A stretch of DNA of 64,000 nucleotides from a virus (Duplodnaviria; Heunggongvirae; Uroviricota; Caudoviricetes): IMG/VR virus record IMGVR_UViG_3300031998_000001, positions 237,064 through 301,063 of that record; one strand, 5' to 3'. The position numbers and the translations under genes were made by a program. Shown here in pieces: positions 38,606-48,735 of this stretch. Position 1 is the stretch's first letter. The number at the start of each line of letters is the position of its first letter. A model generated the notes under the pieces. It ran no database searches. It had not been told where the DNA came from and was given only the letters and a program-made list of their open reading frames with translations.

Positions 38606-40149
38606 TGATACTCGAAATAAAGCAACGACCAGAAACCAACGACCTCACATTCTCCTATGTTGACAAGAGCGGGGAGATACGGCACTGCGTATGCCCGATT
38701 ATAGACAGGGACAGGAAGATTGACGACAACTTCAACTGGGTGGAATGTTCGGCAAACGACAACCAGAGGATACCCGGCAAGATGAACTGGAACGGAAGGT
38801 GCGTCAAGAGAAGCGTGCATTCCGTATTTGACGCATACGACAAGAGCAAGACTGGCTTCGAGAAACTCACGCAGTCGAGATGTATGGAAATCATACAGTC
38901 GCGGTACGGTGGGGACTTTCTCGATGAGGTCAACTGCTTCAAGATGCCGAAGATGACATTCATTGATATTGAAACTGGTATGAGCGAGGACGGCTTCGAG
39001 CGACCAGAGACCGCTGGTCAGCCAGTCACCGTGATAGGTATGGCTACGGAGAGCCACGAGATAACGGTGTTCGGGACGCGGGTGCTCAACAGGGACGAGC
39101 AGGACAGGATACAGTACCTCATAAACGAGCATACGAAGTCCCTCCCCTCCCAGATACACTTCGACTTCAAGTACAAATACTTCGCGAAAGAGGAGGATAT
39201 GCTTGAATGTTTCTTCAGGGAGATGAAGCATATGGGTATGATAAGCGGGTGGAATGTGGTCGAGTTCGACTGGGCGTACCTCTACAACAGGGGCAGGATA
39301 CTCGGCAAGAACGCCAAGTACCTCGCTGGCGAGTTCAATATGTTGAGCGGAAAGGACAACATACCCACGCACATCCCGATTGTTGACTATATGGAGTGCT
39401 ACCGCAAGTGGGACAGGAGCGTGGAGCAGAAGGAGAACTACAAACTCGACCAAGCGGGCTACGATGTACTGAAAATGCAGAAGGTTCACTTCGACGGCTC
39501 GTTGCAGGACTTGTACGAGAGGGACTTCCCGATGTATGTCTATTACAACGCAATCGACTGCATACTCGTCGAGCAGTTGCACGAGAGGTTGCGCCTTGCC
39601 GACATCGGCTGTACCCTCGCTTGGATTGCGAAGACACCAGTGAACAGGATGATGAGCGTGGTCGCGACAACCGAAGGTGCGCTCACGGACGCATACAGGC
39701 GGAGCGGAAGGGTGGTTGCCGACAGCAAGTGGAAGGCGGGCAAGGACGCGGAGGGCTACGAGGGTGCTTTCGTGAAAGAGCCAGTGGTCGGTCTGCACCT
39801 CTATGTTTCGTGCAACGACTTCGCCTCGCTGTACCCGAACATAATCAGGACGCTGAATATGTCCCCCGAAACATTCTACAAGAAGGTGGACGAGGACGAT
39901 ACGGTCGCAAAGGAGAAGTGGAAGAAGAAGGGCTACATAGTAAGCGAGAGCGGGTGCGTGTTCCAGCCGAACACCACACCGGGCGTGTTCGCCACCCTCA
40001 TCGGCGACCTCTACAAGCAGAGAAAGGCTTTCAAGAAAAAGAGTTATGTCTGCGCGGACAAGCAGAGGAGGCTCGAAGAACTTGCCGAGAGGATAGACCT
40101 GACGGACGAGGAGGCGTTAGCCGAAATGCACAAGATACTCGGCGAATAA
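38605..40149 (+). CDS. polB: DNA polymerase B N-terminal piece (3'-5' exonuclease, motif A, first fingers helix)
   Basis: FIDIET, GWN..FD, YKLD, YNAID, YEGAFV.EP, DFASLYPN, LYKQRK. Confidence 0.93.
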   Translation: MILEIKQRPETNDLTFSYVDKSGEIRHCVCPIIDRDRKIDDNFNWVECSANDNQRIPGKMNWNGRCVKRSVHSVFDAYDKSKTGFEKLTQSRCMEIIQSRYGGDFLDEVNCFKMPKMTFIDIETGMSEDGFERPETAGQPVTVIGMATESHEITVFGTRVLNRDEQDRIQYLINEHTKSLPSQIHFDFKYKYFAKEEDMLECFFREMKHMGMISGWNVVEFDWAYLYNRGRILGKNAKYLAGEFNMLSGKDNIPTHIPIVDYMECYRKWDRSVEQKENYKLDQAGYDVLKMQKVHFDGSLQDLYERDFPMYVYYNAIDCILVEQLHERLRLADIGCTLAWIAKTPVNRMMSVVATTEGALTDAYRRSGRVVADSKWKAGKDAEGYEGAFVKEPVVGLHLYVSCNDFASLYPNIIRTLNMSPETFYKKVDEDDTVAKEKWKKKGYIVSESGCVFQPNTTPGVFATLIGDLYKQRKAFKKKSYVCADKQRRLEELAERIDLTDEEALAEMHKILGE

Positions 40150-40175
40150 GAAATTAGTTGTTCATACTTTGTTAC

Positions 40176-40210
40176 GGGACGGGATGTGCGCCTGCCTTCC
40201 GTCCCTTTTC
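40176..40210 (+). terminator. rho-independent terminator
   Basis: GGGACGG..CCGTCCC followed by TTTT. Confidence 0.6.
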
Positions 40211-40263
40211 TCGGCATTTATAAATAATGTATATATAGCGATATGACATAAAGGTTTTTGACT

Positions 40264-41166
40264 ATGATAACAATACCCGAAATAAAGGAGGCGAACATAA
40301 TCGAGATACAGGGGACGGACAGCCTCAATGCGAGCCGAATAACAATAAACCACAACTTCCGCTCGGTGAACGGAGTGATAAGGAAGATAATCGGTGTCAT
40401 CGAGGAGGGTGCGCTTGACGGCAACAGCCAGTTCAAGGGTTCGTTCGACAATGTTGACAACTTCATCAACCGCACCGCAGGCGAACTTGGGGACGAGTGG
40501 CAGTACACTGGCTCGGCTACGACCACCATAAGCGACCAGACGCTTTCGCGGGGGGATATTGTCATAGTGAACTCCGTCACAAGCGGAGGTCGGATAAACG
40601 GAGTGCTGGTGGTTTCGGCTAACAGCGGAGGCTCAACGGCAGGGTGCGTGACAAACTCGCAGACACCATCCCCGCTCGAAACGGACACGATAGTTCTCGG
40701 CTCTGGCAGGAACACGGTGAAGCCGTCCGTGTATAAAATATCCGACAATGTTGAGTTTGACAGCAAGATAATACTCACCTCCAGAGCGGTCAACGAATAT
40801 ATAAGGCGAGTCATTGATGAACTTGACGCGGGCACATACGACTTGGCGAAGTATAATGATGTGGACGGTATTCTCCTTATCTACAGGTTGCTCGAAGACA
40901 ACGGCATAATAAAGAATGTTGAGCAAGACCCCGTGAAAGTTCCAATTCTCCGAAAGGTATGTAGAAAAGTTCCGCTCCAATGGAACGAAGACGAGGGCGC
41001 ATATGTCGGCAAATTCAACCACAAACTCGGCAATGAGGTCATAGTCCAGATATATGACGGTGATATGAACTTGATTTCCTGCGGCATAAGGAACACGGAA
41101 GAAAACGGAGGGACTACCGAAATCGCTTCTGGCGACCAAGTGGTGATTGCGTGCGTAATCGGGTAA
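40264..41166 (+). CDS. putative virion protein
   Basis: TATAAATA at 40219-40226; N-terminal I...D......IN.NF anchor shared with 5968-8988. Confidence 0.6.
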   Translation: MITIPEIKEANIIEIQGTDSLNASRITINHNFRSVNGVIRKIIGVIEEGALDGNSQFKGSFDNVDNFINRTAGELGDEWQYTGSATTTISDQTLSRGDIVIVNSVTSGGRINGVLVVSANSGGSTAGCVTNSQTPSPLETDTIVLGSGRNTVKPSVYKISDNVEFDSKIILTSRAVNEYIRRVIDELDAGTYDLAKYNDVDGILLIYRLLEDNGIIKNVEQDPVKVPILRKVCRKVPLQWNEDEGAYVGKFNHKLGNEVIVQIYDGDMNLISCGIRNTEENGGTTEIASGDQVVIACVIG

Positions 41167-41167
41167 C

Positions 41168-41197
41168 AAATTTTACGGGCATAAATTTTACGGGCAT
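41168..41197. repeat. 15-bp perfect tandem duplication AAATTTTACGGGCAT x2
   Basis: Read directly. Confidence 0.8.
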
Positions 41198-41226
41198 AAA
41201 AAAAAGGCGGGGACAACCCGCCTTTT
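41198..41226. terminator. bidirectional terminator
   Basis: AAAAGGCGGG-loop-CCCGCCTTTT between convergent genes. Confidence 0.8.
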
Positions 41227-41269
41227 AATTTATAATTGAACTGTCCCCTTTATAAATTGTCCGTACTGG

Positions 41270-42448
41270 TTAGTAGTCCCACTCGTCATCCCTTCTTGGC
41301 GGATTGACTAAATCGCTACAACCCATAATAATGTCATTGTCATTATCATTATTACTCGCCCACTCGTTGAATGTGTTATACATATATTCGCCAATGATAC
41401 TGCCTATCGGGAACTTTTCAACAGGATACCATCCGCCGTTTTTCCATCCCAATGATACCTTAAAGTTTTTCATATCCCTGTGAAGTTCAACTTCTTTGTC
41501 TTCGTAATCATAGCAGTCCCAGAAATCCGCCGTTCCATCTGCGTCTATATAGAATACATCCCAGTCGTCATTGTGCGAAAGTTGACATTCTACGGTTGCC
41601 TTGATTTCATATTTGCTATCTTTAATGTGCTTGTAACTTTCCTTACCGAAGCAGAATGAAACCGACTTGAATATGTCGTTGACTTCCTTTTCGCTCGTAC
41701 AACCGAGAAAATAAAGCAAGGCTATTGCAGGCTCGTCGATTTTCCCGTTCTTTGTGATGTCATTCACTATGCCAGCGTCACGGATGCCAGAGATGTCGAT
41801 GTCGCTGTAGTCCCCGTCAAGCCCTCGTTCTGGATAGAGGTTTTTTATGATGCCCACGAGTTCGACTTCGGTCTTCGGGGTGAACATTGTCCCGTCATTC
41901 ACTATCATCTCGTTTATCCTGCGCCCCCTGCGGTATGAACGGCTTTCGGCTACAATGCTGTACTTGTCCTCGATAAAGTTGAGGTACATACGGAATACCT
42001 GCGCAATCTCCGACTTGCCCTTATTCCAAGGCTCAAACATATAAAGTTTGTCCTGTACAATTTTCTTGTGGAAACTGCATATCGCTGCGTCCTGCACCTT
42101 TCCACCGCCATAAATCCTGTCAATGTTTACAGCCATATTGAAGAACTTTTCACCCAAGTCTGGATTTGTCTTGATGTGGTCTTTTATCGGTTCATACATT
42201 GCGCCTATGTACCAGTTGATGTCCTTCAGTACATCGTGGATACCGCCGAAGTCGCTCGGATTGATTTTGCCATTATGGTCAAAGAACACTTTTATTCTTT
42301 TGAGGTCGTCTTTACGCTTGGCTGCGGTCATAGCCTCGTGTGCGTACTTCCTGTGGTTTTTTTCCTCATTGTCCTTCCCGTCCAGCCACGGTGCGAGCGG
42401 GTGGATTGCTTCATTTATGAAATCGTCGAGTTTCTTAATGTATGTCAT
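41270..42448 (-). CDS. two-module hypothetical protein with CTS-like N-terminus
   Basis: MTYIKKLDDFINEA start; internal AESR..RRINEM linker; TATAAATA at 42478-42485. Confidence 0.7.
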   Translation of the reverse strand: MTYIKKLDDFINEAIHPLAPWLDGKDNEEKNHRKYAHEAMTAAKRKDDLKRIKVFFDHNGKINPSDFGGIHDVLKDINWYIGAMYEPIKDHIKTNPDLGEKFFNMAVNIDRIYGGGKVQDAAICSFHKKIVQDKLYMFEPWNKGKSEIAQVFRMYLNFIEDKYSIVAESRSYRRGRRINEMIVNDGTMFTPKTEVELVGIIKNLYPERGLDGDYSDIDISGIRDAGIVNDITKNGKIDEPAIALLYFLGCTSEKEVNDIFKSVSFCFGKESYKHIKDSKYEIKATVECQLSHNDDWDVFYIDADGTADFWDCYDYEDKEVELHRDMKNFKVSLGWKNGGWYPVEKFPIGSIIGEYMYNTFNEWASNNDNDNDIIMGCSDLVNPPRRDDEWDY

Positions 42449-42492
42449 ATTGTTCAAAAATTATATTATATATAACTTATTTATATTTCATT

Positions 42493-44382
42493 TCAGTACC
42501 AGCATCCGACCTTGTACGACTTGCGCATAAGTTCCCCGTTCTCGACCCACAGGAACTCCACTATCGCGTTGCCCCTGACCACAAGCCGAGCCGTTGCGTG
42601 CGGTTTAAGCCTCGTGTCGTATATGAGCCGTCCCGTCGTGTCGTATGCGTATGCGTCCGTAATTGCGCCTCCCGCCACAAGGAGTATGCACCCTCCGTCA
42701 TACATTATGTTCGGGAGTTCTGCCCGCCTGCCCTGCCTCATCGCCACTATTATCTCCGACGCTTCGGGGTAGTATGCCTCGGACTGCGACCACACCGAGT
42801 CGTATTGCACGAACTTGTAGTAAGTGGTGTCCCAGCGTATGTCGGCATCCATATACGAGTAGTTTGTTGTTATGGTCGAGTTGCCCCCGCACAATGTCGG
42901 CTGCCAAGCGAACACCTCCCAGTCCGTTGCGTCGGGGCTTCTCATAAGGCTGAAGCCAGCATTGCGCCTTTCCGTCGCCGTAGCCCATTCGAGCAGGTTT
43001 CCGCAGTCGGTTTCCGTAACCGTGAAGTAGAGCAGTGTTATCGGAAGCGGTGTCGGGACATTCACATCCACGATTACATTCTTGTAGTAACTCCCGCACC
43101 TGACCGTAAGCGTGTCACGCCCGTCGGCGAGTATGTTCACATTCCTGTCGTCGATTTCGGTCAAGCCCCTGTCCGTCGAACCCCAAGCCGTGCCAGCAAA
43201 GTCGGACACCATAAAGTTCGTATGTATGTCGTCATAAGTTTCCGAGTTGGAGAACAGCGCGTATGACTTCGCCACCGCAATCACGCTCTCGTTTGTAAAG
43301 TCCTTTGGATACGGATAGCCATTGGTAAATGTCCACCCGTTTAATTGGGCAGCCAATCCATCTTCTATTGTTTCATCAGTACGCTTTGCAACTCCTTTGC
43401 CTGATGTATTTAATGTAGTCCGAAATCCATCATAATAATTATCGCTTATTTGACAAGTGCTTATGAATTGCGTTTCTGATATTTTACCAACGATTGCGGA
43501 CGGACTACCATTTTTGGCAACAACAAGCCCAGCACTCAAACAACTATCTATAACTATATCTTTATAGTACCCACCAACAATACCTCCAAAAAATGTATTT
43601 TCATTTCGACGACCATCAATATTGCCACAATTTAAGCAATTTCTAATCGTTGTATGCTGTCTTGCGTATCCTAATATTCCACCCACTGATGAATATCCAT
43701 TACAGTCGGACAGATTTATACATTTCTCTATAAAACATTCAGGGTCATTTGAAACATTATTGCCTGTGGGTCCGCTCCTGCCAACTATTCCGCCTACGCA
43801 TTTTACATTGCCCGTAGTTCTTATTTCGCCAGAAGTTGAACATTGGTACACACTTGCGCCGCATTTCAATTCACCGACAATACCGCCTACATATAAATCC
43901 CTTCCTGTAGCGGTATTGTCAGAAGTAATGACCGTTATGCTTCCTATGAAATGACAGTTCCGTACAAGTGTTCCCTTTTTCTGCGCAAGCCCGACAATCC
44001 CAGATATATGTCCACTATCATCTGTCGAAACAATAACACCCTTCACAATTACATTTTCCACTACGCCTTCCAGCAAGCCGAAAAGGGCAGAATAATTACC
44101 GCCATTAGTTATATGCAAGTTTGATATTGTGTGGTTCTGTCCGTCAAACACACCCTTGAATGGTCGGGCTGTGCTGTCGCTAATGTATCCTATCGGTGCC
44201 CACGCACTTGTAAGCACAATGTCATTTGCAAGTTCTATTCTAATGTTCTCGTATGTGCGCAACCCCATATTTACCGAATCGGCTATCACCCGAAGTTCCG
44301 TTTCGGAAGATATGCTTATCGTCCGCGCATATCCGGCTATGCACACCACAAGGCACACCAACAGTGTAATCGCTTTCTTCAT
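42493..44382 (-). CDS. secreted GLUG-repeat protein with Bacteroidetes PLP(I/V)xL domain and T9SS-CTD-like tail
   Basis: Signal peptide MKKAITLLVCL..AYA; PIG..F.G.FDG..HTI; several VGGIVG; PLPITLLYF..W.TATE; YDTTGRLI; TATAAATA at 44410-44417. Confidence 0.75.
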   Translation of the reverse strand: MKKAITLLVCLVVCIAGYARTISISSETELRVIADSVNMGLRTYENIRIELANDIVLTSAWAPIGYISDSTARPFKGVFDGQNHTISNLHITNGGNYSALFGLLEGVVENVIVKGVIVSTDDSGHISGIVGLAQKKGTLVRNCHFIGSITVITSDNTATGRDLYVGGIVGELKCGASVYQCSTSGEIRTTGNVKCVGGIVGRSGPTGNNVSNDPECFIEKCINLSDCNGYSSVGGILGYARQHTTIRNCLNCGNIDGRRNENTFFGGIVGGYYKDIVIDSCLSAGLVVAKNGSPSAIVGKISETQFISTCQISDNYYDGFRTTLNTSGKGVAKRTDETIEDGLAAQLNGWTFTNGYPYPKDFTNESVIAVAKSYALFSNSETYDDIHTNFMVSDFAGTAWGSTDRGLTEIDDRNVNILADGRDTLTVRCGSYYKNVIVDVNVPTPLPITLLYFTVTETDCGNLLEWATATERRNAGFSLMRSPDATDWEVFAWQPTLCGGNSTITTNYSYMDADIRWDTTYYKFVQYDSVWSQSEAYYPEASEIIVAMRQGRRAELPNIMYDGGCILLVAGGAITDAYAYDTTGRLIYDTRLKPHATARLVVRGNAIVEFLWVENGELMRKSYKVGCWY

Positions 44383-44592
44383 AACGCCTGACAAGATGCT
44401 ATATTGTATTATTTATATGTGGAAAGAGAATGGGGGAGCGTTTCATCCCACTCCCCCGAACACCAGTCCTTTCTGCGAGAAATTGGTAGCGAAATTCATT
44501 CTGCAAGCCTGATGTATGCTGACGGCAAATGCTACCTCCGTGTATGTTATTTATATCTTGGCGCGTACTGGTGTTTTTTTTTCAACAAATTT

Positions 44593-44621
44593 CTGAAATC
44601 TATTCCGTTTCCCAATATATT
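44593..44621 (+). promoter_or_regulatory. CTGAAA-N17-TATATT phage promoter driving the second MTase operon
   Basis: Exact match. Confidence 0.8.
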
Positions 44622-44641
44622 AGCAATAAATAGTCTGGAAG

Positions 44642-45526
44642 ATGAACAACTTGCAACCCGTCATAAAATGGTCTGGCTCGAAGCGAAGCCAAGCAAAGGC
44701 GATAGTGTCCCTCGTCAGCGGGCGTTACGGCACTTACTACGAGAGTTTCTGCGGAGGGTGCTCCGTCCTCTACTACATACTGAACAACCGACCAGAACTG
44801 TTCAGGAGATATGTGTGCAACGACATCAACGAGCCTCTAATCGAACTCTATCGCCTGATAATGTCAGACCACAGGCGCGTGTGGAAATCGTACACCGAAC
44901 TCTGGCACGGACTTAACGACGGGAAGGGTGCTGGCGACCTTGACAAGAAGAAGGAGTATTTCTACAAGGTCAGGGACGAGTTCAACAGGACGCACTCCCC
45001 CGAACTGTTCTTCTTCATTATGCGGACGACAACCAACGGTATGCCGAGATACAATGCGGACGGGGACTTCAACAACTCCTTCCATTTCACGAGGGACGGG
45101 ATAACGCCAGACGGTGCGCTCGAAGTCCTCGAAGAATGGTCTCGGACGCTCAACAGGCACAATGTGGAGTTCAGGAGCGGAAGTTACGACCGCATATCGC
45201 CAGAGGCGGACGACTTCCTGTATCTCGACCCGCCGTACTACAACACGAAGGGTATGTACTACGGAACTATAGACTTCGACGGGCTGTGGAACTACCTCCG
45301 TGGCGTGCCGTGCGACTACTTCTTGAGTTTTGACGGGCTTGCTGGAGACATCGACTTAACAGCCCCCGTGCCAAGTGACATATATGACGAGCACAGACTG
45401 CTCGACGGCGGGAACTCGTCGTTCCGCAGGCTGATAGGCAAATCCCGCGACACAATAGTCAGGGAAAGCCTCTACATAAGAAAGAAACGCAACACCAATA
45501 TATTGGCTATAAATAAGTTGTTCTGA
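44642..45526 (+). CDS. Dam-family (D12, alpha class) adenine methyltransferase
   Basis: IKWSGSK, YYESFCGG, YN..G.FN, YLDPPY; ends INKLF. Confidence 0.9.
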   Translation: MNNLQPVIKWSGSKRSQAKAIVSLVSGRYGTYYESFCGGCSVLYYILNNRPELFRRYVCNDINEPLIELYRLIMSDHRRVWKSYTELWHGLNDGKGAGDLDKKKEYFYKVRDEFNRTHSPELFFFIMRTTTNGMPRYNADGDFNNSFHFTRDGITPDGALEVLEEWSRTLNRHNVEFRSGSYDRISPEADDFLYLDPPYYNTKGMYYGTIDFDGLWNYLRGVPCDYFLSFDGLAGDIDLTAPVPSDIYDEHRLLDGGNSSFRRLIGKSRDTIVRESLYIRKKRNTNILAINKLF

Positions 45527-45537
45527 TATTCGTGATT

Positions 45538-46338
45538 ATGGCTGAATACAAGTTATACAACGGCGACTGCCTCGAAGTGATGAAGTCGATACCCGACGGA
45601 AGCATAGACCTTATTCTATGCGATTTGCCCTACGGCACTACGGCTTGCAGTTGGGATGTCGTAATTCCGTTCGAGCCGTTGTGGAAGGAATATGACAGGA
45701 TTGCAAAGGACACCGCCCCGATAGTCCTGTTCGGCTCACAGCCGTTCACTACGCTTATGGTCGCATCAAACATAAGGAACTTCAGGGAGGAACTCGTGTG
45801 GCTCAAAAACAAGAGCGGAAGCGGTCTGCACGCGGACAGGAGGCACATAAAGGTTCACGAGAACATAATGGTATTCTCGAAGGGGGCGTACACATTCAAC
45901 CCGCAGAAGTGGGAAGTGAAGGACAGGGAGTTCCTCGTACACAGGAAAGTCTTTGACTACGGATATGCCGACAACAACATATACGGAAGCGTGCGGGATA
46001 TGAAGAAGGCTGACGACGGGACGAGAAACCCGATAAGCGTGGTATCATACGAAGTCCCGTTCACACCGCAGAAGAAAAGGCAGTACACGGATGTTGACAT
46101 AAGGCTTCACCCGACACAGAAGCCCATCGCATTGCTCGAATACCTGATTAGGACATATTCCAACGAGGGCGATACGGTGCTCGACAACTGTATGGGAAGC
46201 GGTTCTACGGGTGTGGCGTGCATAAATACTGGGAGAAATTTCTTCGGCATTGAACTTGACGAGGAATACTACAAGGTCGCCGAGCAGAGAATCGGGGAAG
46301 CAAAAAGACAAACCACAGAAAGCATAAAACTATTCTGA
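45538..46338 (+). CDS. DNA N6/N4 methyltransferase (beta class)
   Basis: DLPY, HPTQKP, DNCMGSGS; ends SIKLF. Confidence 0.92.
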   Translation: MAEYKLYNGDCLEVMKSIPDGSIDLILCDLPYGTTACSWDVVIPFEPLWKEYDRIAKDTAPIVLFGSQPFTTLMVASNIRNFREELVWLKNKSGSGLHADRRHIKVHENIMVFSKGAYTFNPQKWEVKDREFLVHRKVFDYGYADNNIYGSVRDMKKADDGTRNPISVVSYEVPFTPQKKRQYTDVDIRLHPTQKPIALLEYLIRTYSNEGDTVLDNCMGSGSTGVACINTGRNFFGIELDEEYYKVAEQRIGEAKRQTTESIKLF

Positions 46339-46339
46339 T

Positions 46340-47212
46340 ATGAACGAATATATCAAAAGTCCGATAAACTACACAGGCAACAAGTTCAAGTTGCTGGGGC
46401 AGATAATCCCGCTGTTCCCGTCAAAGATAAACAGATTCGTGGATGCGTTCGGCGGAAGCGGAACGGTAACGCTCAACACCAGCGCAAGGCAATACACATA
46501 CAACGAATTTGCGGAATATGTATATAAGATGTTCAGCGGGCTTATACACGGGGACTATGACGAGATAATAGAAAAGATAAACGCCACGATAGACGAATAT
46601 TCGCTTGACAAGACCAACGAGAACGGATACCTGAAATTAAGGGACGACTACAACAACGGCAGGAACGACTGGATAACCCTGTATGTCCTGTGCTGCTACG
46701 CATTCAACTCACAGGGGCGTTTCAACGGTGCTGGGAAGTTCAATATGCCTTTCGGCAAAGACCGCTCCTGCTTCAGCGATGTCCAGAAGGAAAACATACG
46801 GAGAATGAAAAACGGGTTCGACGGCAAATATGTAGGATGCACGAACCTGTCGTTCGACGAGATTGACTACTCCGCGCTCGGCTCTGGGGACTTCGTGTAC
46901 TTCGACCCGCCCTACTACGGAAGCACGGCGGTATATAACGAGAAGAACGGATGGACATACGCGCAGGAGAAGAAACTTGCCGAGATAGCCGATATGCTTG
47001 ACGGCAAAGGCATCAGTTTCGCAATATCCAACAACCTGAAATACGGAAACCAGATACTCGACGAACTGTGCGAACGCTACACGGCGATACATCTCGGAAG
47101 CAAGTACAACAACTCGTCATACCACAAGAAGGACAAGGAAGCATCGGACGATGAGGTTCTTGTAGTCAACTATGACATCAGCAGGTCAAACCTCCGCATA
47201 AAACTATTCTGA
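46340..47212 (+). CDS. Dam-family (D12, alpha class) adenine methyltransferase
   Basis: NYTGNK, DAFGGSG, RFN..G.FN.PFG, YFDPPY, EVLVVNY; ends RIKLF. Confidence 0.9.
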   Translation: MNEYIKSPINYTGNKFKLLGQIIPLFPSKINRFVDAFGGSGTVTLNTSARQYTYNEFAEYVYKMFSGLIHGDYDEIIEKINATIDEYSLDKTNENGYLKLRDDYNNGRNDWITLYVLCCYAFNSQGRFNGAGKFNMPFGKDRSCFSDVQKENIRRMKNGFDGKYVGCTNLSFDEIDYSALGSGDFVYFDPPYYGSTAVYNEKNGWTYAQEKKLAEIADMLDGKGISFAISNNLKYGNQILDELCERYTAIHLGSKYNNSSYHKKDKEASDDEVLVVNYDISRSNLRIKLF

Positions 47213-47282
47213 CTATGAATAGACCTTGACAAATTACCGTAACCGCCAGCCTTATATATAAATATTATATAGTGTTTGGAAA

Positions 47283-48050
47283 ATGAAAGACTTTTTGAAG
47301 GACAACTGGCTGACGATACTTATACTCATTGCAGGCATAGTGCTTGCAATCCTGCTTGGGCGCAGTTGCTCGAAGCAGAGGGAACTCAAGGATGAAATCT
47401 CCCGATACGAGAACAACATCAAGGCTCTAAACGACACCCTCAAGAACTACAAGGACGGCACTTACCAGTGCGCCGAGATGAGGGCGTTGCAACTCCGCGT
47501 GGGCGAACTTGAAGATTCGCTCAAACTCGAAAGGGGCAAGGAGCCGATTACGATAGTCAGGTACATCACGGTGGTAGCCGACACGGTTTATGCGGACGGA
47601 GAGATAATACACGACACGACTTTGATATACGGTAGCGTATGCGATGCTGGGTCACTTACATTGCACTCCGAAGATACATTCGGGAAGAGTTCGAGGGTGC
47701 TCGACGCGACCATTCCGTATAAGATAGATACCCTCTGCAATATGGAAACCGAGAAAGGCAGGTTCACGATAAACCAGAACATATGGCTTGACGCGACGGT
47801 TTACCGTAACAAGAACGGGGAGAGTTTCCTACGGCTGAAAACCGACTATCCGAACATAACATTCAACAGCGGGACGGCAATAGCCATAGCGGACAGACCG
47901 TCGGAAAAGAAAAAGCACTTCGGTGTCTGCATCGGTCCCGCAGTGGGCTATGGGGCTGTGATAGGCAACAACGGAAAACTTGTATCGGGCGCACCCTACA
48001 TAGGCATAGGCGCATCAATCGGATGGTGTCCCGACAAACTTAAATTTTAG
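47283..48050 (+). CDS. membrane-anchored coiled-coil protein (spanin-like)
   Basis: N-terminal TM helix, coiled coil, C-terminal G.G.G.GYG..YIG.G beta hairpin; TATAAATA at 47257-47264. Confidence 0.5.
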   Translation: MKDFLKDNWLTILILIAGIVLAILLGRSCSKQRELKDEISRYENNIKALNDTLKNYKDGTYQCAEMRALQLRVGELEDSLKLERGKEPITIVRYITVVADTVYADGEIIHDTTLIYGSVCDAGSLTLHSEDTFGKSSRVLDATIPYKIDTLCNMETEKGRFTINQNIWLDATVYRNKNGESFLRLKTDYPNITFNSGTAIAIADRPSEKKKHFGVCIGPAVGYGAVIGNNGKLVSGAPYIGIGASIGWCPDKLKF

Positions 48051-48054
48051 GACA

Positions 48055-48735
48055 ATGGCGGACAATGAAGAACAGAGGCACAGGCGAGACCAAGCCAACG
48101 AGATAGCCAATATGCTCAACGAGTTCTCTGCGGGGGTGGTTGACAACTTCGTGGACGAGAACACTATGGTATTCGACAACAAGGCGGAAGAGGAGGAACT
48201 CCAACGGCTCAAGGACGAGCAGGAGAAGGCGGAGGTCGCGCTTGCGACCACATCGAAGAACTCCGCGCAGGAACTCATAGACTCGGCACTCCAACTCTAT
48301 GCGAAGAAAACGGGGGACATAAGTTATGTCAAGTTCAAGGCGAAGAGCGATGTCAACGCATTCGGCAAGATACTCCAGCAGATAGAGATAAACGAGGACG
48401 CGATAAGGGAGATAATGAGGGACATAAAACTCAACGGTCCCAACCCGAACCTTATGCGCTGTCTGTCCGACCTGCAAAAGACGGAGATTGAACTCCTCAA
48501 AATCCGCTCCCAATACTTGCAGGAAATCGAGCAGTCGCTGAAACAGGTGTCAAGCGATGTGGAGATGTCGGAGGCGGTCGAACTCGAAAGCGAGGAGGAA
48601 ACCACGAGCGCGAAGATAAGAGGTCAGAGAGACCTGATGATAATGCTCGAACAGGCGAAGAAGGACAGCACGAAGCAAATCACGGAAATCACAAACCAAG
48701 AAAACAATAGCGGGAATGAAGATACAAATGGTTAA
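48055..48735 (+). CDS. hypothetical helical protein
   Basis: 226 aa, acidic coiled coil, late operon. Confidence 0.65.
   Translation: MADNEEQRHRRDQANEIANMLNEFSAGVVDNFVDENTMVFDNKAEEEELQRLKDEQEKAEVALATTSKNSAQELIDSALQLYAKKTGDISYVKFKAKSDVNAFGKILQQIEINEDAIREIMRDIKLNGPNPNLMRCLSDLQKTEIELLKIRSQYLQEIEQSLKQVSSDVEMSEAVELESEEETTSAKIRGQRDLMIMLEQAKKDSTKQITEITNQENNSGNEDTNG

Noticed and set aside
48055-48735. Terminase small subunit
   Set aside because: Size and helicity fit, but there is no recognisable motif and no adjacent large subunit; left as hypothetical.
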